Assembly: GCA_041651235.1 (NCBI GenBank)
Contig: JBAZJQ010000001.1
Coordinates: 31,673-95,672 of the forward strand
Source of the DNA: Candidatus Pacearchaeota archaeon
GTDB lineage: Archaea; Nanobdellota; Nanobdellia; Pacearchaeales; GW2011-AR1
Direction: 5' to 3'
DNA: 64,000 nucleotides
The notes beneath the pieces were generated by a model, which was not told where the DNA came from, did no database searches, and saw nothing but the letters and a program-made list of their open reading frames with translations. This document shows positions 17,365 to 26,736 of this stretch, in pieces; position 1 is the first letter of the stretch, and every line of letters begins with the position of its first letter. Made by a program: the position numbers and the translations under genes.

Positions 17365-17898
17365 TTATTTACAACAAACCATATATAAAACATTTTTAGA
17401 GCCAGAGGCATCTCCATCGTCTGCTAAACATCCATTATCATACATTGATGCATCTAAGTCATCAGTGCCTACAGCTAGATGAACACACCCCGTTCTCATC
17501 CATCCATTTTTACAGTTCATACCAAATGAAGGGCCCACATCAGGATCTGAATAATCATTTACTTGATCGATAATATTAGTTATTGCTCCAGGATTTGAAC
17601 CAGTATAACTAACCATCGTTGCAGTTCCGTCTTCAACTCTTTTTAGAGTAACACAGCTTAAACTACTTGCAGAACATTCCCACCCATTTCCTGCAGAATT
17701 AACTTTTAAATAAGTTCCTGCTGTACAACCAACTCCAGAGGGAGCAGAAATCGCACTCAAATCATGACCTGGATTTTCAGCAACTCCCGGAGACCAAGAA
17801 ATTACAAACCCCACACTAATCAAAAAAATCATTAAAGCTCCTAATAGAAATAAATTTCTTTTTTCAAGTTTTAAATTGATATTAATGCTTTTTGCCAT
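17365..17898 (-). CDS. secreted Cys-rich protein, compositionally atypical (about 40% GC)
   Basis: 177 aa. N-terminal TM/signal. Ten Cys, ending ...LYMVCCK. Markedly higher GC than its neighbours. Confidence 0.55.
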   Translation of the reverse strand: MAKSININLKLEKRNLFLLGALMIFLISVGFVISWSPGVAENPGHDLSAISAPSGVGCTAGTYLKVNSAGNGWECSASSLSCVTLKRVEDGTATMVSYTGSNPGAITNIIDQVNDYSDPDVGPSFGMNCKNGWMRTGCVHLAVGTDDLDASMYDNGCLADDGDASGSKNVLYMVCCK

Positions 17899-17948
17899 CT
17901 CTTTTCTAAAATATATAGAAAACTATTATTTATAAATATTGGGGTATT

Positions 17949-18398
17949 TTGTTATTTATGAAGAATATGGGAAATTTTGAAAATAAAGATAAGTTCAAAT
18001 TCTTAGAACATACAGCAGATATTAAGTTTCAGGCATTTGGAGAAACACTTGAAAAAGCATTTGAAAATTCTGCTTATGCATTAAAAGATATTATAAGCAA
18101 AGATAAAACTAAGAATGAAATAATAAAGAGGATTAAAATTAATGGGAAGGATCTTGAAAGTTTGCTATTGAATTTTTTAGAAGAATTTTTGATTTTATTT
18201 GACATGGAAGGTTTTTTACTTTCAGAAATCTCAAAGATTAAAATAGATAAGAATAATTTTGTCTTAACTGCAGAAATTTTTGGAGATTATGCAGGAAAAT
18301 ATGAAATTAGAAATCATGTTAAAGCAATTACCTATAATGAAATGTTTGTTAAAAAGCATAAAAATACTTATATAATCCAAGTTGTAGTTGATGTGTAA
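17949..18398 (+). CDS. archease (RtcB activator)
   Basis: FLEHTADIKFQAFGETLEKAFENSA ... TAEIFGD ... KAITYNEMFV match conserved archease motifs. Confidence 0.8.
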   Translation: MLFMKNMGNFENKDKFKFLEHTADIKFQAFGETLEKAFENSAYALKDIISKDKTKNEIIKRIKINGKDLESLLLNFLEEFLILFDMEGFLLSEISKIKIDKNNFVLTAEIFGDYAGKYEIRNHVKAITYNEMFVKKHKNTYIIQVVVDV

Positions 18399-18670
18399 TG
18401 TTCAGAAAATTGATTTTGTCAATAAGAAATTTATATTCTTTTTTAAAAGAAGTAGACAATCTATGCCAAAACGTTATAGAGAAAAGAGAATATATTAAAC
18501 CAAAACGCTTTTATTCTATGACCAGAAGAGGAAAATTAGCAGAATTAGACTATAATATTGAAGTCCCTGATGGAGGATTTGTACACAGAGGGAAATATGA
18601 TGGTAAAAATTATTTTACATTCACTGAAAATAGAGTTATCGGATTAGAAAGCAGATGTGAGAATAGATAA
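18398..18670 (+). CDS. hypothetical small protein
   Basis: 90-aa ORF between archease and the nucleotidyltransferase. Confidence 0.4.
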   Translation: MFRKLILSIRNLYSFLKEVDNLCQNVIEKREYIKPKRFYSMTRRGKLAELDYNIEVPDGGFVHRGKYDGKNYFTFTENRVIGLESRCENR

Positions 18671-18700
18671 AATTAAATAATGAATTTTTCTTGATAAAAT

Positions 18701-19093
18701 ATGGAAATTTTAAAAGAATTAAATAAATTAAATCTTCCAAAAAATCAATTTGCAGTTTTTGGAAGCGGGCCTCTTACAATTAGAGGCATAAGAGAAAATA
18801 AAGATATAGATATAATTGTTAAAAAAGATTTATGGGATAAATTAATTAAAAAATACCAGATAATTGATTTTAAAAAAATAGATATTGAAAATATTGAAAT
18901 TTATAAAGATTGGAAGCCTTGGTTTAATGATGTTGATAAATTAATTGATGATGCGGATATTTTTAATGGAATAAGATTTGTTAAATTAAAATATGTTCTA
19001 AAATGGAAAGAAGAGTTTGGAAGAGAAAAAGATAAAAAAGATATTAAATTAATTAAAAAATACTTGGAAAATGGAATTAAAGAAGATATCTGA
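18701..19093 (+). CDS. minimal nucleotidyltransferase (Pol beta superfamily)
   Basis: FAVFGSGPLTIRGIRENKDIDIIV gives the hG[GS] motif plus DxD. Confidence 0.55.
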   Translation: MEILKELNKLNLPKNQFAVFGSGPLTIRGIRENKDIDIIVKKDLWDKLIKKYQIIDFKKIDIENIEIYKDWKPWFNDVDKLIDDADIFNGIRFVKLKYVLKWKEEFGREKDKKDIKLIKKYLENGIKEDI

Positions 19094-20447
19094 TAATGAA
19101 TGGGAAATCCCAAAACAAAATGGAATGAATGTTCCTGGAAAAATATTTGCTAGTGAGAAACTTCTTAATGACATAAAAAAAGACAAAACACTTGAACAAG
19201 TTAAAAATGTTGCAAAACTTCCTGGGATTATTGGTTCTAGCATAGCACTTATGGATGCTCATCAAGGCTATGGATTTAGTATCGGAGGTGTTGCTGGATT
19301 TGATATTGAAAAAGGAGTTATTAGTCCAGGAGGTGTTGGTTATGATATTGACTGCAGTGTTAGATTATTAAAAACTAACTTAAAATTATCTGATTTAAAA
19401 AAAATTGGAATAAAAGAATTAACACACTCTCTTTTCAGGGCAATTCCTTCTGGTGTTGGAAGAGGAAGCAAGATTAATCTTAAGTATAATGAATTAGATG
19501 AAATTTTAAAAAAAGGGGCTAGATGGGCAGTTGAAAATGGATATGGAATAAATGAAGATTTAAAGCATTTAGAAGATAATGGAAATCTTCTTCCTGCAAA
19601 TCCAGATGATGTTTCTAAAAGAGCAAAATCTCGTGGAATTGGGCAATTAGGAACATTAGGAGCTGGAAATCATTTTTTAGAAATTGGAATTGTTGATGAA
19701 GTTTATGATAGAGAATTTGCTAAAAAATTTGGATTAGAAAAAGGACAAATTACAATTATGATACATTGTGGATCAAGAGGATTAGGACATCAGGTTGCAT
19801 CAGATTACATTAAATTAATGGAAGATAAATATGGCTGGCCTGAATTTGACAGGGAGCTAGTTAATGCTCCAATAAAAAGCGAGCTTGGAGAAAAATATTT
19901 CTCTGCTATGAATTGTGCTGCAAATTTTGCATTTGCAAACAAACAGGTAATTACTCACTGGATTAGAGAAAACATGAAGCATTATTTTCCAAATGTAAAG
20001 ATTGATGTTGTTTATGAAGTATGCCATAATATTGCTAAATTTGAAGAGCATAAAATTAATGGAAAATTAAAAAAAATATTAGTTATGAGAAAAGGAGCTA
20101 CTCGTTCGTTTCCGAATCAGCCTGTTTTAATTCCTGGAAGCATGGGAACTTCTTCTTATGTTTTAGTTGGAACTGAAAATGCAATGGAAAAAAGTTTTGG
20201 AAGTACTGCACATGGTGCAGGAAGAGTTTCATCGAGGACAGCTGCACGAAAAAACTTGCATGCTGATGAAATTAAAAAAGAATTAAGCAAAAAAGGAATT
20301 GAAATTGAAGCTGGAAGTTTTCAGGGAATTGTTGAAGAGGCTCCAGAAGTTTACAAAGATATTGATGAAGTTGTAAGAGTTAGTCATGAAGCAGGCATTG
20401 GAGATTTAGTTGTAAAATTAAAACCTCTTGGTGTTGTTAAAGGATAG
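19071..20447 (+). CDS. rtcB: RNA-splicing ligase RtcB
   Basis: GYDIDCSVRLL, GAGNHFLEIG, HCGSRGLGHQVA and STAHGAGR motifs. 458 aa. Confidence 0.9.
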   Translation: MELKKISDNEWEIPKQNGMNVPGKIFASEKLLNDIKKDKTLEQVKNVAKLPGIIGSSIALMDAHQGYGFSIGGVAGFDIEKGVISPGGVGYDIDCSVRLLKTNLKLSDLKKIGIKELTHSLFRAIPSGVGRGSKINLKYNELDEILKKGARWAVENGYGINEDLKHLEDNGNLLPANPDDVSKRAKSRGIGQLGTLGAGNHFLEIGIVDEVYDREFAKKFGLEKGQITIMIHCGSRGLGHQVASDYIKLMEDKYGWPEFDRELVNAPIKSELGEKYFSAMNCAANFAFANKQVITHWIRENMKHYFPNVKIDVVYEVCHNIAKFEEHKINGKLKKILVMRKGATRSFPNQPVLIPGSMGTSSYVLVGTENAMEKSFGSTAHGAGRVSSRTAARKNLHADEIKKELSKKGIEIEAGSFQGIVEEAPEVYKDIDEVVRVSHEAGIGDLVVKLKPLGVVKG

Positions 20448-20487
20448 GCAATATTTATAAATATCTTATATCTTTATAGAATATAAA

Positions 20488-21357
20488 ATGAGGTGGAAAA
20501 TATTATTTTTAGTTGCAAGTTTATTATTAGTTATTCAAATGAGTAATCTTGTCTGTGCTGGAAATTGTTCTCCTGAATTTGCTGCATTAGGTGCAACAAT
20601 CTGTGATGAAAGTGGGAAGCCGATAAGTATTGTTGGACTTAAATCCTGTAAAGTATATGAAACTTATACAGAATGGATTAATTCAAGTGGAAATTTTCCC
20701 ATATTACCTAATGGAAATGAAAAGTGTTTTGTAGATACTGCTTTGGAACTTGTTGAAAGTTCAGATACTTGCTGTCCTGATGAAAGTGAGTGTGTGACTG
20801 ATCCTCCTACTGCAGGAGACTATGGGATGTGCAGAGTCAGTCTTGCAGATATGTGTATGGACTACCAAACTGAAGAGGCATGTAAAGGGCATTCACAATA
20901 TTCTGCAGATAATACAGAAAATGCTAAATATGGGGAAGGATTTTGTGGAACTTGGGGAGATTTAGGTAATGGATGTTTTTCAGAAATATATTGTAGTTGT
21001 GTTTGGAATGCAAGTGGAGGAATATGCCAAGGACAATTTGATAATCAAACATTTGGTGATCCTGCTATTTGTACTGCTACTTCTGGAGGATGTAAAGATT
21101 ATGCTGCTAATTGGGATGAAGAATTTACAAGTCAATGTGAAACAGGAGATATAGTTACAATTCATTGGGGCTCTGAACCTTGGGGGAATTATTCAACTAA
21201 CCCCCTATTAGCTGCATTATGTGTTGCATCTGATATTGAATATCCTTGTTCTATGGGCAAGAAGCTTCCTTTTTTCACTTCATTTAATTTTATTCTTAGT
21301 ATAATTTCTATAATGGGGATATACTATTTTTTAATAAAGAAGAATAAGATAAAATAA
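20488..21357 (+). CDS. secreted Cys-rich surface protein with C-terminal TM anchor
   Basis: Signal peptide MRWKILFLVASLLLVIQMSNLVCAG. More than 25 Cys. C-terminal hydrophobic FFTSFNFILSIISIMGIYYFLIKK. Confidence 0.55.
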   Translation: MRWKILFLVASLLLVIQMSNLVCAGNCSPEFAALGATICDESGKPISIVGLKSCKVYETYTEWINSSGNFPILPNGNEKCFVDTALELVESSDTCCPDESECVTDPPTAGDYGMCRVSLADMCMDYQTEEACKGHSQYSADNTENAKYGEGFCGTWGDLGNGCFSEIYCSCVWNASGGICQGQFDNQTFGDPAICTATSGGCKDYAANWDEEFTSQCETGDIVTIHWGSEPWGNYSTNPLLAALCVASDIEYPCSMGKKLPFFTSFNFILSIISIMGIYYFLIKKNKIK

Positions 21358-21397
21358 TTTTTTAAGTATTCGGAATATATTTGATTTTCTAACTTAT

Positions 21398-21522
21398 TTA
21401 TAATCTATTAGGACATTCGCTGATTTGAGGATAGAATTAAGATATTTATGCTGTTGATTATGGTTTATGAATAATATTCATCTTTAAATAATCTGCAGAT
21501 AGTATAATTAAGATGTTAATGA
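21398..21522. repeat. intergenic repeat family copy C (degenerate, composite)
   Basis: tttataatctattaggacattcgctgatttgaggatagaattaagatattt ... aataatctgcagatagtataattaagatgtt. Confidence 0.45.
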
Positions 21523-21608
21523 CAAAATAAAAATTAACTGAGGTTTTATTAGGATATAAATATTTTTTATTTCTGAAATATTTATAAAGATGTTTTCTAT
21601 GTATATTT

Positions 21609-24266
21609 ATGAAAAAGGGGTTAATATTAAGTTTAATTTTTATTGTGATTTTATCTGGGATAGTTTTTGCTGATATTCAATTAAAAAGTTATACTTTAGA
21701 AAAAACATATTCTCCAGGTTCTGCAATTAAAGGAACAATAATATTAGATATAAAAAATGTTTCTGAAAATACATTGTTTACTGGATTTAGTTCAAATATT
21801 AGTTTAATTGATTTCTTAGATGCAAATGATGCAAGTTATACTTGTTCTCCTAATTGTGAAGTAAAATATTCAAGAATTGGAAGTGCAGGTGAGACAAAAC
21901 AAATTGCATTAACTGCAGGTGAAACAAAAACCATAGGAATCAGGCTTGTTGGGAATATTACTTCAATAAATGGTTTAAAATTTGATATTACAAGCAATGC
22001 AGAAAGTTCTTGCACTCCTCCGTTAAAAATAGATATTTTAAGTGATGAAGCAATGGATTGGACAGCTGCAAATGGAGTTGAAGATTTTATCTGCCCTGTT
22101 TATCGTCCTTTTGGATGTTATAATGATTTAAATTTCAGCGGTGTTGTTGCAGATTTAAGTTCAAATTGGTATTGTGAAAGAATTAATATCCCTCCTTCAA
22201 TAATCTACAAAGTTGGAGCTAATATAACTAAAGCCTATGATGGAGTTGAGGATGTTGATATTTACTTTAGTGTGATTAGTGAGAGTATAAATGTTGGTTG
22301 TGATAATTCTACTCATGCAAATGGAGAAGTAAGCTGCATTGTTCAGATTGATAATGAAGAGTCTCAAGAGGTTGATGTATGCATTAGTGTTGATGAAGAA
22401 AATGCAGGAAAATATAAAATAAGAACAGAAGAAGTTGAACCTTGCGGTTACACAGATAATGATGAAGGAATAGACTTTCCGATTTTTATTAGGCCTGGAA
22501 AATATGGAATGTCTGGAAGCTTAACTTATAATGAATCTATTGAAGATGAGATTGATGATTATATTTCTGAAAAATATAATTATGATTGCAACCCTGAATG
22601 TATAATCCCAATTAGTTTTAGTGGGACTAGCCAAACAATAAGTGTATCTAATTTGAATTTAAAATATTCAACTAAAGTGGATTTAACTGAAAAAAATATT
22701 TATGATTTGCAGGAAGTTTCTCACTTGATAAGTTTAACTTCGGAGGATTTAGATTTATCGAAAGGAAATTTTATAGTTCCTTCTACAACCGGAATCAAAG
22801 AATTTAAATTAAAATTAGGGGACAAAGAACTAATTAAAGAGAATATTAATATAAGTGCTTCCAGTTCCAAGATAAAATCTATAATCCCCTCTATTACTGG
22901 AGCATTAGTCCCTACTTATTTTGCAGTAATCGGAGATTTTTCAACTAATACCACTTATTCCTGGGATTTTGGAGATGGGGACAAAGAAACAACTACTTCA
23001 AATATTGTATTGCATCTTTATCAAGAAATTAAAGTTTATGATTTAAAAGTTACTGCTAAAAACAGCCAGGGAGAATTCACTAAAATAGTTTCAATAAATG
23101 TAACTAATCCAAAAACTTCTATTCCGATTATACTCTCTAGATATAATGCTAATTTAGATAAAATACAGGCTAAATTAAATGTTCTTCCTGCATGGATTAA
23201 GACTTCCATTGGTTCGCAAATAGAGATAACTGAATTAAAAAAAGAATTAGGAAATTTATCTGCGAGGTATAATTCTACAACAAGTAACGAAGGTTATATT
23301 GATATTATGGAAGATTTGCTTTTATTAGATATTCCAGATTCTTTAGATGAAAAAGAATTAATTAAATCATTCCCATTACTTTTAGTAACTGAATCATTTT
23401 ATTCAGATGTTATGTCTGAACTAGGATTAGTTTCTGTTGATGAAGATTTGTATACTAGTGCAGTTAATTCCTGGATAATGGAAAATCTTAATATGAAAGT
23501 GGATGTAAAAACTTATTCTCTTGATTATGGCTATGATGAACCTGCTTTGTATTCTTATCTTAAGGTGAGTATCACTCCTAGAACATCTCTGAGCGAATTT
23601 TATTTTATTGTAAATGATTATCCTGATGAAGTTGTTTTTGCAGAAGATTATGGACAGGAAATAGTTGAAAGCAGCAATGTTATTTCTTATACAGGACTAG
23701 ATACAACAAAAACAATTGAATTTTTGTATCCTAGTGAGATTAATGTGGGATATTTTCCTGTTTATATTTTTGCCCCTGAAATTGATGTAAGTGAATTTAT
23801 TGTTGGAGAAGAAACTTGTGGGGATGGTTTTTGTGATAATGTGGGTGGAGAAGATTATAAGAATTGCAGAGAAGATTGCAAACCAATAGGATGGACAGTT
23901 TTCTTATTAATCGGTTTGTTAGTTGGTGCATTTATACTTTATATAATCCTGCAGGAATGGTATAAAAGACATTATGAAAAACATTTATTCCCTGACAGAA
24001 ATCACTTGTTTAATTTAATTAATTTCATGAATAATGCAAATAATCAGGGGGTTAAAAAAGGCGATATTTTTAGTGGATTATATAAAATGGATTGGAGAAG
24101 AGAGCAAGTTGGTTATGCATGGAAAAAGTTAAATGGATTAAGAACAGGTATGTGGGAAATACCTATATTTAAATTTGTTGAAAGGAAAGAAGTTAAAAGA
24201 GAATTAGAAAAGAGAACTGGAACTAATGTTAGACCTAATTTTAAAGGTTCTATGTTAAGGAGATAA
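21609..24266 (+). CDS. large surface protein with PKD-like domain and C-terminal Cys-knot plus TM anchor
   Basis: 885 aa. Signal peptide. WDFGDGD...YDLKVTAKNSQGE PKD-like motif. EETCGDGFCDNVGGEDYKNCREDC followed by TM WTVFLLIGLLVGAFILYIIL and a cytoplasmic tail. Confidence 0.6.
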   Translation: MKKGLILSLIFIVILSGIVFADIQLKSYTLEKTYSPGSAIKGTIILDIKNVSENTLFTGFSSNISLIDFLDANDASYTCSPNCEVKYSRIGSAGETKQIALTAGETKTIGIRLVGNITSINGLKFDITSNAESSCTPPLKIDILSDEAMDWTAANGVEDFICPVYRPFGCYNDLNFSGVVADLSSNWYCERINIPPSIIYKVGANITKAYDGVEDVDIYFSVISESINVGCDNSTHANGEVSCIVQIDNEESQEVDVCISVDEENAGKYKIRTEEVEPCGYTDNDEGIDFPIFIRPGKYGMSGSLTYNESIEDEIDDYISEKYNYDCNPECIIPISFSGTSQTISVSNLNLKYSTKVDLTEKNIYDLQEVSHLISLTSEDLDLSKGNFIVPSTTGIKEFKLKLGDKELIKENINISASSSKIKSIIPSITGALVPTYFAVIGDFSTNTTYSWDFGDGDKETTTSNIVLHLYQEIKVYDLKVTAKNSQGEFTKIVSINVTNPKTSIPIILSRYNANLDKIQAKLNVLPAWIKTSIGSQIEITELKKELGNLSARYNSTTSNEGYIDIMEDLLLLDIPDSLDEKELIKSFPLLLVTESFYSDVMSELGLVSVDEDLYTSAVNSWIMENLNMKVDVKTYSLDYGYDEPALYSYLKVSITPRTSLSEFYFIVNDYPDEVVFAEDYGQEIVESSNVISYTGLDTTKTIEFLYPSEINVGYFPVYIFAPEIDVSEFIVGEETCGDGFCDNVGGEDYKNCREDCKPIGWTVFLLIGLLVGAFILYIILQEWYKRHYEKHLFPDRNHLFNLINFMNNANNQGVKKGDIFSGLYKMDWRREQVGYAWKKLNGLRTGMWEIPIFKFVERKEVKRELEKRTGTNVRPNFKGSMLRR

Positions 24267-24483
24267 ATACCCAGAACTATATTCTTGGTAATGTCAAAAT
24301 TTTATACCTTATGCAGATGATATAGTTTAATGCCAGTAGATAATATGTTTGCTTTAATAATCGGCTATAATTATTAAAGATGTATAGTTTATAGGCATAC
24401 TTTAAAACAGTTATAATATTCGAGTATAGAAACCTTAATAAATATAAACTTTCTTTTTACAAAATAGAAAAAAATTAAAAGAA

Positions 24484-25125
24484 ATGGCAATAACAATTTT
24501 AAAAAATTTCACAAAGAGGATGTTTGCCCTGTTTTTCAGGAAAAAAAGAGATATAAGTATAGGATTTTATGGGCCCCCAAATGCAGGAAAAACTTCTCTA
24601 GCAAACAGAATCTGTAAAGACTGGACAGGAGAAGAAATTGGCAGTGTAAGCAAAATTCCTCATGAAACAAGACATGTTCAATTTAGAGAAGAAGTTGAAA
24701 TAAAATATAAAGAAAAAACTTTGAAATTCAAATTAATTGATACTCCTGGAATTGCCACTAAAATTGATTATGAAGATTTCATGAAGATGAAACTAAAGAA
24801 AAATGAAGCTCAAAAAAGAGCAAAAGAGGCAACACAAGGAATTGTCGAGGCGATTAAATGGCTGGATGATGTTGATGCTGTTGTAGTTGTTGTTGATGCA
24901 AGCCAGAATCCTTATTCACAAGTAAACATTACTATTGTTGGAAACTTAGTTGCTAGAAAAATACCTGTTTTAGTTGTTGCAAATAAAATTGATTTAAGAA
25001 AAGCTGATGTAAAAAAAGTAGAAGCAGCTTTTCCTGAATATGATGTTGTTGGAATTAGTGCAAAAAGCGGCAAAAATATGAATGAGTTTTATGAATCAAT
25101 ATTTAAATTAGCTAAGAAAGCCTGA
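24484..25125 (+). CDS. small Ras-like GTPase
   Basis: G1 GPPNAGKTS. G3 DTPG. G4 NKID. G5 SAK. 213 aa. Confidence 0.75.
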   Translation: MAITILKNFTKRMFALFFRKKRDISIGFYGPPNAGKTSLANRICKDWTGEEIGSVSKIPHETRHVQFREEVEIKYKEKTLKFKLIDTPGIATKIDYEDFMKMKLKKNEAQKRAKEATQGIVEAIKWLDDVDAVVVVVDASQNPYSQVNITIVGNLVARKIPVLVVANKIDLRKADVKKVEAAFPEYDVVGISAKSGKNMNEFYESIFKLAKKA

Positions 25126-25199
25126 TTCATAAAAATAAAAAACATTTAAAAACTAAAATATATATTAGATAATATACATACTAAAATAAAAAGAGGAAA

Positions 25200-25589
25200 A
25201 TGGCAAAAGATAAAATAAAAGGATTGACATTGCAATTTATGCCTTTTAGTGAAATTGCGAAGTTAGACACTGTTGAGAGAATAAAAAAACTTCTTAAGGT
25301 AATATTAAGCAATAAAGTAATTGTCTTGCAGGGAAGATTAAAACCAGAAGAAGAAACAAGATTAATCGAAGATACTATGATTATGGTTGGAAATTTAAAG
25401 GGATTTAAGGGAGTTGAATTAGCTGTTATTGAATCTGGTTCGGAACAATCAGGAGTTATGCAAAAAATGAAATTTGGATTAGCAAGAGCATTAACAGGAA
25501 CTCAAAATGCGCTTACAATTATTGGACCTGCAACTGTTGTTAAAGAAATGAAAAAAGATCCTACAAAATTAGAAGTTATGATGAGGTGA
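25200..25589 (+). CDS. conserved archaeal protein commonly paired with the GTPase (DUF2073-like, from memory)
   Basis: 129-aa ORF immediately downstream of the GTPase. Family assignment is from recollection only. Confidence 0.4.
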   Translation: MAKDKIKGLTLQFMPFSEIAKLDTVERIKKLLKVILSNKVIVLQGRLKPEEETRLIEDTMIMVGNLKGFKGVELAVIESGSEQSGVMQKMKFGLARALTGTQNALTIIGPATVVKEMKKDPTKLEVMMR

Positions 25590-25613
25590 TTAATAAAAGT
25601 GAAAGGAGGTAAA

Positions 25614-26504
25614 ATGAAAAAAATAATATTAAGTATTTTAATGATTAGTCTATTTAGTGTTGTATTGGTTTCAGCTTTCTGGCCTTTTGATGGAGCTTCA
25701 ATAACTGGTAATGCGGTAGTTTCTATTTGTGAAGAAGTTAATGGAGGAATTGTTATGAAATCAGTTAATAAATATAATAATTTAATTGTAGAACCAATAA
25801 CTTATAACAAATGCAGTTCTATAAGTAAAAAAACTTTAATTAAGTATTCTTGTATAGAAGGTACTAAAAAGCAAACTGAAAGAATTAAATGTGAAGGAGA
25901 ATGTGCAATTGATCCAGAAACTTATCTAGCTTATTGTAAAGATGAAGCTATAACTTGTACTGAACTTCAAAGTGGAAAGGGAGTAAAGGATCAAACAGGA
26001 AAGAAATATGAAAATTCTTGCAACAATGATATCTTTAATGGATATACTTGTGTGGATAATATCCCCACTTTAGCTACTCCTCAATATTGTAAAACTCAAG
26101 GAAAAGTCTGTACTGAAAAAGGATGCAAAGGAAAAGGAGAATGTTTTATGGATGAAGATAAAATAATGGCAATTGCATCAACAGGAATTATTGAGCTTAA
26201 ATCGAATACATGCCAAGATTCTACAAATGGGTTTAATTATGAATGTTCAGCTACTGGAAATCTAAAAGAAACTGCTGTTAATTGCGGTTCAACAAAAGAA
26301 TGCCAAAAAGTAGAAGGTATTGCAAAATGTGTAGCTAAAACAACCCCTACAACTACACCGACAACTACAACTCCTACTACAACCCCTACAACTACACCGA
26401 CAACTACAGCTACTCAAACAACTGACGAGAAATTAACTGCTTTGATAACTGCACTTTGTACAGATGCAAGTTTAAAAACAAAATTAGGGAGTCTTTGTAA
26501 TTAA
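25614..26504 (+). CDS. secreted Cys-rich protein with Thr/Pro-rich linker
   Basis: RBS AAGGAGGT then ATG 25614. Signal peptide. About 30 Cys. Linker TTPTTTPTTTTPTTTPTTTPTTTATQTT. Track start 25599 is a GTG. Confidence 0.55.
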   Translation: MKKIILSILMISLFSVVLVSAFWPFDGASITGNAVVSICEEVNGGIVMKSVNKYNNLIVEPITYNKCSSISKKTLIKYSCIEGTKKQTERIKCEGECAIDPETYLAYCKDEAITCTELQSGKGVKDQTGKKYENSCNNDIFNGYTCVDNIPTLATPQYCKTQGKVCTEKGCKGKGECFMDEDKIMAIASTGIIELKSNTCQDSTNGFNYECSATGNLKETAVNCGSTKECQKVEGIAKCVAKTTPTTTPTTTTPTTTPTTTPTTTATQTTDEKLTALITALCTDASLKTKLGSLCN

Positions 26505-26686
26505 TTTTTATTGTATTTCTTTTCATTTATTTTTTTATTTATAATATAGAGAAATCCATCGAGAAATATTTATACAAACTTTCTTTAAAAAGACAAGTTT
26601 GAACAAAGCAATCTTTCTTTTTAGAAAAAATACAAGCTTGAACAAAGAAAAACTAAGTTTGATACAAAAAGTTAAATCAAAAGCAA

Positions 26687-26712
26687 ATAAATATTTCTCG
26701 AGAAATATTTAT
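26687..26712. promoter_or_regulatory. 26-bp perfect palindrome about 25 bp upstream of the 26737 gene, embedded in short direct repeats
   Basis: ataaatatttctc|gagaaatatttat. cgagaaatatttata is also present at 26560-26574. Three ACAAGTTTGAACAAAG-like repeats lie between. Confidence 0.4.
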
Positions 26713-26736
26713 AAAGTGTTTTTATATTGATATAAT

